Shown: positions 40,515 through 48,332 of the stretch, one piece after another
Layout: every line of letters begins with the position of its first letter
Position numbering within the stretch: the first letter of the stretch is position 1
Assembly (NCBI GenBank): GCA_963823035.1
Contig: CAWGKG010000005.1
Coordinates: 128,001-192,000, forward strand
From: an uncultured Gemmatimonadales bacterium
GTDB taxonomy: Bacteria > Gemmatimonadota > Gemmatimonadetes > Longimicrobiales > Gaopeijiaceae
Direction of reading: 5' to 3'
DNA length: 64,000 nt
The notes under the pieces: model-generated
Databases searched by the model: none
Seen by the model: only the letters and a program-made list of their open reading frames with translations
What the model was told of the DNA's origin: nothing
Position numbers and translations under genes: made by a program

Positions 40515-41939
40515 TTAGGGAGTTGGCCCGGGGGTGCCCCCGACGGTCCGCCCTCCGCGGGCACGTGCGGCCCGGGCCTGCTCCAAGGCCAATTCGATCT
40601 TCCAGCGCCGCCCTTCCTTCCAGATGCCGACGATGTTCCGCGTTGCGAGGATATCCGTGGTGGGATCGCCTTCGACGAGGACCACGTCCGCACGGCGACC
40701 CTCGGCGATGCGGCCCCTTCCCGGCAGGCGGAACGCGTCCGCGGGAGCCGAGGTCGCCGCAACCAGCGCTTCCACAGGGGTCAGCCCCGCCCGCACGAGC
40801 AACTGGAGCTCCCGGTGCAAGCTGACGCCCAGGGCCGTCCCCGGATTCGGGGCGTCGGTGCCGGCCAGGATGACGCCGCCCGCGTCGTGCACCGCCCGTA
40901 CGCTCGCCAGGGCGTTCCGGATGGACATCGTACCGCCCGCCGGGGGAGGGAACCTCTGCAGGAGGCCGGCGATCTCGTGGGGAGAAAGCCGGGGCCCGAG
41001 CACGGGGTCGTTGACCAGTGTCGCTCCACCGGCGACTCCCGAGGCCGACTCCAATACGGTGAGGGTCGGCACCACGAACACTCCCGCGTTCGCGACCAGG
41101 GCCCCGTAGTCCTGGTCCGGCAGGCGGTCCGCGAAGGTGTGGGCCAGGCCGTCGGCACCGGCCCGGATCGCCATACGGGCGAACTCGTAGTCTCCCACAT
41201 GGACGATCGCCAGCAAACCTCGATTGTGGGCGGCCTGGATGGCGGCGCGAAGGGTCGCCTCATCGAGGGTGGGCAATGACCTCCCGAGCTCGCTTCCGTC
41301 CTCGAGTACGATCTTGATGTAGTCGGCTCCCTCCGCGAGGCGCGCGTCGATGAAGTCCTGCGCCTCGGACGCGCTCGACAGCGTCGGGATCGGAACGCCG
41401 TATTCGGTGCCGTGACCCCCCGGGGCGGTCACGAGCGTCGCGGCGGAGAAGAGGTCCGGGCGGTCGGCCGAACGACCGGAGGCCTGCTCCGCCTTGAGTT
41501 GCGCGAGCGTGTCGGGGTCGGTGGCCATGTCCAGTTGGGTGAGGACCCCGTACAGCGTCGCGTACTTGAGCCAGGTGCGGCTGAACGTGTGCGTATGCGC
41601 GTCGATGAGCCCGGGGAGCAGGGTCTTGCCGGCGCCGTCGATCACACGCGCCCCCTCCGGCACATCATGCGACTCACCCGGCAGCGCGATCCGGGCGATG
41701 ATGCCACCGTCGAGCACGACCGTCGCGGTCGGAATGACCCGTTCGCCGTCGAAGACACGAACGCCCTCGAAGACGGTCGGAGCCCAGATCTCGAGCGTGT
41801 CGGATCCGGTGGCCGTCTGCCGGGCGACCGCCGGCGATGCCCCCAGCGTGGCGCCGAGCGCTGCGATCACCGCGAGCACGGGGCTCGTCTCCCGGAAGAC
41901 CCAGCGTCCTCGCATCGGCCTCACCTCCGAGAACGTCAT
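40515..41939 (-). CDS. Amidohydrolase family protein
   Basis: LLPGLIDAHTH, ILAGTDA, GRIAEGRRADVVLV. Confidence 0.9.
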   Translation of the reverse strand: MTFSEVRPMRGRWVFRETSPVLAVIAALGATLGASPAVARQTATGSDTLEIWAPTVFEGVRVFDGERVIPTATVVLDGGIIARIALPGESHDVPEGARVIDGAGKTLLPGLIDAHTHTFSRTWLKYATLYGVLTQLDMATDPDTLAQLKAEQASGRSADRPDLFSAATLVTAPGGHGTEYGVPIPTLSSASEAQDFIDARLAEGADYIKIVLEDGSELGRSLPTLDEATLRAAIQAAHNRGLLAIVHVGDYEFARMAIRAGADGLAHTFADRLPDQDYGALVANAGVFVVPTLTVLESASGVAGGATLVNDPVLGPRLSPHEIAGLLQRFPPPAGGTMSIRNALASVRAVHDAGGVILAGTDAPNPGTALGVSLHRELQLLVRAGLTPVEALVAATSAPADAFRLPGRGRIAEGRRADVVLVEGDPTTDILATRNIVGIWKEGRRWKIELALEQARAARARGGRTVGGTPGPTP

Positions 41940-42140
41940 GGCGCGATCCTCCCGCTCGACGTGAGCCGACGATGTGCAACGCACCCTAGCCCACTCTTTG
42001 GGGATCCGCCAAGAGAAACCTCGACGAGGGTAAGGAGCGGGCGCCGTCCGTCGATCCGTTGTCCGGGTCGGGCGTCCCGAAGTGCCACCACGGGTGCGAC
42101 CCGGGTCGCTCGCCGCGCGGGTGCCAGGCCCCCCCGCGAG

Positions 42141-43559
42141 CTACCCCTGGGGTCCGGGCGGGATGTTCTGGTTCACCCGGAAGAGGTTCTTCGGATCGTA
42201 GCGGTTCTTCAGTTGCACGAGGCGCTGGTAGCTGCCGCCGTACGCGGCTTCCACGCGATCGCCCTCCTCTCCTGTCATGAAGTTGACGTACGCCTCCCCC
42301 GTCGCGTAGGGCGCGCTGGCGGCGAAGAGCTCCCGACACCACCCGATGCAGGCCGAGTCCTTCGCGGGATCGCTCCAGCGCCCGTGCACGTTCATGACAT
42401 ACGCCGCGCTCCGCCCCTGGTAGGCCGTGGCGTCGTCGGGAACCCGGCCCATGGCGCCGCCCACCTGACCGATGAAGACCTCGCTCTGATCGTCCGGAAG
42501 GCGTCCCAGGTAGTCGACCACCGTGTCGATGAACCCGTCGCTCAACTCGGCCAGATCGTGCGTCTTCCAGTAGTTGCGTTCTCCCGGCGTGAGAAGCGGG
42601 TCGAACGCCTGCTGCCACCCCACGAACGGGTTCGGTCCGATCACGTCGGCGATGGGGGTTCCGATCGCCCTCAGCGGCGCAAGCGCCTCCTCTCCCGCGG
42701 CCATGCCGCCCGCATACATCGCGGCCAGGACCACGACCTCGGTTCCGTGAACGTGCTCGGGAAGGAACGGCAGCGGGGGAGCCTTGCGAAGCACCACCCA
42801 GACCGTCACCTCGTCCGGTGCCTCCGCCATGACGTCCCGATAAGCGCGCAGCACCTCTCCCGCGTCGGCGAACGGGTGCACGACGAGTCCGGCCAAAATC
42901 TGCGGGTCGATCGGGTGCGCCCGGAACTCGAAGGAGGTCACCACGCCGAAGTTGCCACCGCCACCTCTGATGCCCCAGAAGAGGTCCGCATTCTCTTCGG
43001 CGCTCGCCCGCACGACCTCGCCGTTCGCCGTCACAACCTCCGCCGCGAGCAGGTTGTCGGCGGTCAGCCCGTGCTTCCGGCCCAGCCATCCGAGCCCGCC
43101 GCCCAACGTCAGGCCCGCGACACCCGTGGTGGAATTGATGCCGGTGGGCACCGCGAGCCCGTGTGCCTGTGTGGCCGCGTCGAGGTCACCGAGCGTGGCC
43201 CCCGGCTGGACGCGCACGGTGCCTGCGTCCGCGTCCACCTCCACAGCCTTCATCTTCTTGAAGGAGATCATCAGACCCCCGTCGCACGCAGCGTTGCCCG
43301 CGATGTTGTGCCCCGCCCCGCAGATCGACAGGAGCACCCCATGCTCCCCCGCGAAGCGAACGGCCCGAACGGCGTCCTGCGTCCCGCGACACTCGACGAT
43401 GGCCGCCGGACGCCTGTCGATCATCGCGTTCCAGAGGGTACGCGCCTCGTCGTACACTGCCGAGTCGGGGGTGAGCAGCGCGCCCTCGAGGGCGTCGGAG
43501 AGCGTGGAGAGGTCCACCTCGGTGGTTCCTCCGTTCAATGCGCTCATGGGGGAGGCCAT
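42141..43559 (-). CDS. FAD-binding oxidoreductase, berberine-bridge-enzyme-like
   Basis: RRPAAIV, GAGHN, GLTLGGG, DLFWGIRGGGGNFGVVT, YVNF, KNRYDPKNLF. Confidence 0.92.
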   Translation of the reverse strand: MASPMSALNGGTTEVDLSTLSDALEGALLTPDSAVYDEARTLWNAMIDRRPAAIVECRGTQDAVRAVRFAGEHGVLLSICGAGHNIAGNAACDGGLMISFKKMKAVEVDADAGTVRVQPGATLGDLDAATQAHGLAVPTGINSTTGVAGLTLGGGLGWLGRKHGLTADNLLAAEVVTANGEVVRASAEENADLFWGIRGGGGNFGVVTSFEFRAHPIDPQILAGLVVHPFADAGEVLRAYRDVMAEAPDEVTVWVVLRKAPPLPFLPEHVHGTEVVVLAAMYAGGMAAGEEALAPLRAIGTPIADVIGPNPFVGWQQAFDPLLTPGERNYWKTHDLAELSDGFIDTVVDYLGRLPDDQSEVFIGQVGGAMGRVPDDATAYQGRSAAYVMNVHGRWSDPAKDSACIGWCRELFAASAPYATGEAYVNFMTGEEGDRVEAAYGGSYQRLVQLKNRYDPKNLFRVNQNIPPGPQG

Positions 43560-43671
43560 GATCTCATCTCCTGGCTGTGACCGAATCGGGGCAAGGGGAA
43601 CATGATTACACTTCCGATTCGAAGGAGCAATCTTCTCGCAGGTGTTGCCCCAGTGACCCGTACAGCATAGG

Positions 43672-43935
43672 TGGAGCTGCCCCGCCTTCGTGGACAGGTG
43701 AGCAGTGGGGTGTTCCATCTGTCCCCGTCGCCGTTGGACAGCCACGCCTCCCCGCGACAGCGGGGCCGGCTGCTGTTGACCTTTGGGGGGTCACGCGGCA
43801 TCGGACGCCACCCGGATGGCGTGGCGGCGCTCGAAGTTGATCGGCGAGATCTGGCCGAGCGCGGAGTGCCTGCGCAGTTCGCACTCGATCGTCGCGAAGA
43901 AGCTCTCGCACAGAGCGTTGTCGTAGGCGTCTTAC
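43672..43935 (-). mobile_element. IS3-family 3' remnant
   Basis: Minus strand encodes DAYDNALCESFFATIECEL; IS3-type end TGGAGCTGCCCCGCCTTCGTGGACAG at 43672. Confidence 0.75.
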
Positions 43936-43949
43936 GGACCAGGCGCCTC

Positions 43950-44040
43950 GGATGTGTTGTGGCAGTGCTCCAAACGTCCGATCAGCCCTTTCCGGCCCAT
44001 ACCGGCTCGACTCCCGCCGGGATTCGCGAAGCGAAGTCCG
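43950..44040. repeat. Degenerate third IS91-end / T-loop junction collapsed into repeat body
   Basis: GATG..TTG.GGCAGT...GCCCATACCGGCTCGACTCCCGCC followed directly by GGGATTCGCGAAGCGAAG. Confidence 0.65.
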
Positions 44041-44088
44041 CGGCCCCGCCGACAAGGCCACAGGGCGCGCGCTTCGGCGCGCACCCGG

Positions 44089-46212
44089 TCAGCGCATCAG
44101 CTTCCGCACGAAGTACGTGAACTCCAGAGCGTTCGTGTGCGCCGACTGGATGAGGTTGGCACCGGCGCCGTGGCCCCCTTCCGTTACCTCGTAGAAGAGG
44201 TAGGGATGGCCGTACAGCGCCATCTTCGCGGCAAACTTCCGGGCGTGCTGCGGACCCACGCGGTCGTCCTTGGTCGTCGTCCAGATGAGCGGCTCGGGGT
44301 ACGTCACGTCCCGCTCGAGGTTCTGATACGGGGAGATCGATGCAAGGAAGGCGCGCTCGTCCGGGTTGGAGACACTCCCGTACTCGCCGACCCACGAGGC
44401 GCCCGCGTCGATCTGCTCGAAGCGCAGCATGTCGAGGAGCGGCACCTGGATGTCGACGGCATGGAAGAGCTCGGGATTCTGGGTCATCTCGACGCCCATG
44501 AGCAGCCCGCCGTTGGAGCCGCCCATGATGCCGAGCTTCGGCGTGCTGGTGATCCCGCGCGCGATGAGATCCCGGGCGACGGCGGCGAAGTCGTCGTAGA
44601 TCACCTGCCGGTGCGTCTTGAGGCCGGCCTCGTGCCATGCCGGCCCGAACTCGCCGCCCCCCCGGATGTTGGCCAGCGCAAACACGCCGCCCCGCTCCAG
44701 CCACAACTTGCCGACGGTCCCGCTGTAGCGCGGCGTCTCCGAGACCTCGAACCCACCGTAGGCATTCAGGATGGTCGGGTTCGAGCCATCCATCTTCATG
44801 CCCCGGGGATGCACCACGAAGTAGGGGATCTTCGTCCCGTCCTTCGAGGTCGCCTCGAGTTGCTCCACGGTGTCCCTCGTGGCGTCGAACTGTGCCGGTA
44901 GGGACGTGATCCGTGTCGCCCGCCCGTTCCGGCCGTCGGCCAGCCAGACGCTGGTGGGCGTGAGGAACCCCGTGACGTTCACGAACGCCTCACTTCCCCG
45001 GTCGTTTCCGCTCATCACCCCCGTAGACAGGTTGTCGGGCAGCGACAGACGCTGTTGCGTCCACCTTCCATCCTCTGTGCGAGCGAACGTGAACACCCGG
45101 CCGCGCACGTTCTGGTAGATGCTCGCGAGCACCTGATCGCGCGTTGTCGTCACGCCGTCGATGGACTCTCGTGGGCCGGGAGTGAACACCACCACCGGAT
45201 CGAGCCGGTCCGGATGTGCCGCGGCACCCGCGGCGTCGAACGAGGCCAGCGCGCCGCTCGCGATGGTCGTCTCTCCCTCCTGCCACGGCTCCGAGAGCTG
45301 AACGAGGATCTGCCCGTCCACCATTCCCACCACGCCCGACTTGAGCGGGAGCGCGAGCTTCACGACGCCGGACGGCGTGACCAGGTGCTGTTCCGACTCG
45401 AACGTCGTGAGAGGTCGGTCGATCACGACGGCACGGTGACCGGTGCCGTCCGTGAGGGTGGCAGGCCGGACACCGTATCCGCCGTCCTTGGCGTCACCGC
45501 GGAAGATCTCGACCGCGTCGTCGAGCGGCTGTCCACGCACCAGGCGTTTCACGATGAACGGATAGCCCGAGGGCGTCAGGTCGCCCTCTTCCCATTCGCG
45601 CGCCACCACGACGGTATCCTCGCCCTGCCAGGTCGCCTGCTGTTTCCCGCGCGGCAGCTCGAACCCGTCCTTCACGAACGAGCGCGTCTGCAGGTCGAGC
45701 TCACGATAGGTGACCGCGTCCTCGCCGCCGTCGGAGAGCGCGATCAGACAGCGCCGTTCCGCGGGCGCCGCGCAGTCCGCGCCCTTCCACACCCAGTTGG
45801 CGTTCTCTGCGCGCGCCAGCGAGTCCAGGTCCAACATGGTCGTCCACCGCGGCGACGACGTCCGGTAGCTGGAAAGGGTCGTGCGGCGCCAGACGCCGCG
45901 AACGTGCATGCTGTCCTGCCAGAAATTGTAGAGATCGCCTCCGAGGAAGGAGGCATACGCGATCCGGTCGTGGGACTGTGCGATCGCCAGCGCGTCCTCA
46001 CGCAGCGCAGCGTAGGCGGGATCGTTCTCCAGATCGGCGCCGGTCCTGACATTCTGGCTATCGACCCAGGCCATGGCACGCGCCCCGGTCTGCTCCTCGA
46101 GCCAGAGGAACGGATCGGCGGCGGCGTCCATCGCCGAGGTGGCTGGCTTCTGCTCGCACGCCTGGACGGCGAAGGCAGCCATCAGAGACGTGAGAGCCGT
46201 CGCAGATCGCAT
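44089..46212 (-). CDS. Prolyl oligopeptidase (S9A), probable lipoprotein
   Basis: DPFLWLEE, YGGFE, NIRGGGEFG, GGSNGG, DDRV, GGH; signal ending VQAC. Confidence 0.95.
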   Translation of the reverse strand: MRSATALTSLMAAFAVQACEQKPATSAMDAAADPFLWLEEQTGARAMAWVDSQNVRTGADLENDPAYAALREDALAIAQSHDRIAYASFLGGDLYNFWQDSMHVRGVWRRTTLSSYRTSSPRWTTMLDLDSLARAENANWVWKGADCAAPAERRCLIALSDGGEDAVTYRELDLQTRSFVKDGFELPRGKQQATWQGEDTVVVAREWEEGDLTPSGYPFIVKRLVRGQPLDDAVEIFRGDAKDGGYGVRPATLTDGTGHRAVVIDRPLTTFESEQHLVTPSGVVKLALPLKSGVVGMVDGQILVQLSEPWQEGETTIASGALASFDAAGAAAHPDRLDPVVVFTPGPRESIDGVTTTRDQVLASIYQNVRGRVFTFARTEDGRWTQQRLSLPDNLSTGVMSGNDRGSEAFVNVTGFLTPTSVWLADGRNGRATRITSLPAQFDATRDTVEQLEATSKDGTKIPYFVVHPRGMKMDGSNPTILNAYGGFEVSETPRYSGTVGKLWLERGGVFALANIRGGGEFGPAWHEAGLKTHRQVIYDDFAAVARDLIARGITSTPKLGIMGGSNGGLLMGVEMTQNPELFHAVDIQVPLLDMLRFEQIDAGASWVGEYGSVSNPDERAFLASISPYQNLERDVTYPEPLIWTTTKDDRVGPQHARKFAAKMALYGHPYLFYEVTEGGHGAGANLIQSAHTNALEFTYFVRKLMR

Positions 46213-46237
46213 GCTGTGTCCTCCGGGTGGGGTCAAA

Positions 46238-46300
46238 ACGGATCGGGGATCCAACCGCCCTCCTGGACCGAGGAGCATCGTAGGCAGCGCGGGAGGGGCG
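46238..46300 (-). mobile_element. Isolated oriIS-like end of the IS91-like element
   Basis: Aligns with 16111-16160 (ACGGAT.GG......AA.CGCCCTC.TG.ACC.AG.AGCATCGTAGG). Confidence 0.7.
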
Positions 46301-46322
46301 AGCAAGCGCCACCGACCCGGAC

Positions 46323-46403
46323 GGCATGAACTCCGAAGGGCTCGTGGCGATGCCCGACGGCGCGTTCTGGATCGCCGACGAGTACGGGCCGCACATGGTC
46401 CAC
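46323..46403 (+). pseudogene. Tiny fragment of an esterase-like phytase family gene
   Basis: GMNSEGLVAMPDGAFWIADEYGPHMVH. Confidence 0.55.
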
Positions 46404-46405
46404 TG

Positions 46406-48082
46406 TCAGCGCCGCACGAGGAGGGTGACCGCGAAGCCGAGGTCGGCGACGCGGACCTTGCTCCGCGGCGCATAGTTCGCCTCGACCCAGGCCGCGAGCG
46501 CGGTGCCGTAGCCGACACCGAACGGGCCGCGCCCGTACTCCGAGGTGTCCTTGGGCACGATGACCACCACGTCCGGCGGCGAGGCCTCGAACGCCTGCGT
46601 CCACGCGGCGTCGCCGAAGACGACCTCCTCCGGAGGCATGAAGTTCACGTAGGGCGTGGGGTTGGGCACGCGCGCCAGGTAGTTGATCATGACGCCCTCG
46701 GGGAGCACCGCCGCAGAGCGGGCGCCGAAGGCGGCGAGCGAGTCGACGGCTCCCTGCACCAGGGCGCCCCGGACGTCGGCGCGGAAGCGATCCCGGCCGG
46801 ACCCGACCCACCCCGTCTTGGCAGCCAGCCGCGTCGCGGTGACCGAGAGGTGCTCGACCGCGAAGAAGGCGATCAACGCGAAGGCGCAGGCGCGGACCAC
46901 CGCGCCGCGGAGCCCCCGCGCGTCGAGGTGGTCGGGAAGCCACCCGACGAGCGCGGCCACGACCAGGAGGGTCGCGGGCATCGCGAGGGCGAAGCCGTAG
47001 TGGGCGACGCGGGCGTGCAGCAGCGTCTTGGCGAGGAGCACGAGCGAGAACGTGGCGAAGGCGAGCGCGACGGGGGTGCGCCGCGGATGCCGGCCGCCCC
47101 GCCTCGAGACGACCAGGAGGAGGGCGATCACCGCCACGGCGAGGGGCAGCGGGCGCAGCAGGCCGGTCCACCAGTCGCCTTCAGGGATCGCCAGGAGGAG
47201 GGCGAGCATGGCGGCGCCGGAGGCGAACGGGAGAAGCGGCCCTCTCGTCTCCCGTCCCAGCCAGGCCACCGAGACGGGCACGGCCAGCGCGAGCAGCCAG
47301 ATGCCGCTCCAGGTGAGCACCTCCTCGATGCGCAGCGCCGGGTCGTCGAGGCCCATCCCCGCAGCGTAGAAGGCGAGGCGTCCGACCTCACCACCGAGGG
47401 CGGAGGGCCACGCGCCCATGGTACCGCGAGGACCCACGAGCAGGACGGACGCCAGAACCGGGAGGATCACGCCGACGGCGAAGGCGCCGGGCGCGCGCAG
47501 GTCGCGTGGCCTTCCGGCCGCGACGAACAGGACGAGGCAGCCCGCGGCACCCGCGAGGAAGGGCTCGGGCTTGGTGAGGAAGCACAGCCCGAGCGCCAGG
47601 CCGGCCAGGGCCGCGACGCGACGTGAGCCCGTCCGGTGCCACCGCGCCAGTCCGACGAGCGCCGCCAGCGCGAGCGCGATGCCATGGGTCAGCTCGTGCG
47701 AGTAGGGGGTGACCCAGTTGTAGTTGGCGATGCCCACATACTGCCCGAACGCGAACACGAGCAGGAAGGTCAGGCCGGCCGTGGTGGCGGCGGCCCGGCC
47801 GGCGAGGCGCGCCAGGAGGCGGTGCAGCATCAGGACGCACGCCCCGAGCACCACCACGTTGCCCGCCGCGAGGACCATCATCCCCGGCCCAAAGACCCGG
47901 AAGAGGAGGGCGTTCCAGTACTGCGAGAGCGGTCCGTTGAGCCACGCGACGTCGGTGAAGAGCGCGTCGCCCCGGGACAGGCGCCAGGGCACGTAGAGCT
48001 CGCGGCCGAAGTCGATGAGGGGATCCGGCCAGGCCCGCCACGTCCAGGCGAGCATCCCGACGCCCGCCGCGAGCAGCACCAT
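46406..48082 (-). CDS. Membrane GT-C / ArnT-like glycosyltransferase (start uncertain)
   Basis: DFGRELY, NGPL, many TM helices, FLTKPE. Confidence 0.7.
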   Translation of the reverse strand: MVLLAAGVGMLAWTWRAWPDPLIDFGRELYVPWRLSRGDALFTDVAWLNGPLSQYWNALLFRVFGPGMMVLAAGNVVVLGACVLMLHRLLARLAGRAAATTAGLTFLLVFAFGQYVGIANYNWVTPYSHELTHGIALALAALVGLARWHRTGSRRVAALAGLALGLCFLTKPEPFLAGAAGCLVLFVAAGRPRDLRAPGAFAVGVILPVLASVLLVGPRGTMGAWPSALGGEVGRLAFYAAGMGLDDPALRIEEVLTWSGIWLLALAVPVSVAWLGRETRGPLLPFASGAAMLALLLAIPEGDWWTGLLRPLPLAVAVIALLLVVSRRGGRHPRRTPVALAFATFSLVLLAKTLLHARVAHYGFALAMPATLLVVAALVGWLPDHLDARGLRGAVVRACAFALIAFFAVEHLSVTATRLAAKTGWVGSGRDRFRADVRGALVQGAVDSLAAFGARSAAVLPEGVMINYLARVPNPTPYVNFMPPEEVVFGDAAWTQAFEASPPDVVVIVPKDTSEYGRGPFGVGYGTALAAWVEANYAPRSKVRVADLGFAVTLLVRR

Positions 48083-48332
48083 GGGCGCCAGGATCCCGCT
48101 GCGCTCCAGGGAGGGATCCGGCCTGTCGATACGCGTCCACCCGGTCGGAAGGGTTCGAGGGTCCACCAGGGAGGGAGGATCGTACGGCCCCCCTTCCGAT
48201 CGTGCACCCTCGCCCGCACGCGCTGCTTCCCGACGCCTCTCGAGCTGACGCGACGACGTCGAGCGGACAATACCGCGAAGACCGCCGGTCATGTTGACCG
48301 GTGGCGCCTCCATCATCGCGTCTTCGTCCGGG

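Noticed and set aside
9720..46300. Integron with attC sites
   Set aside because: No IntI gene, and no RYYYAAC...GTTRRRY-bounded sites recognised between the cargo genes.
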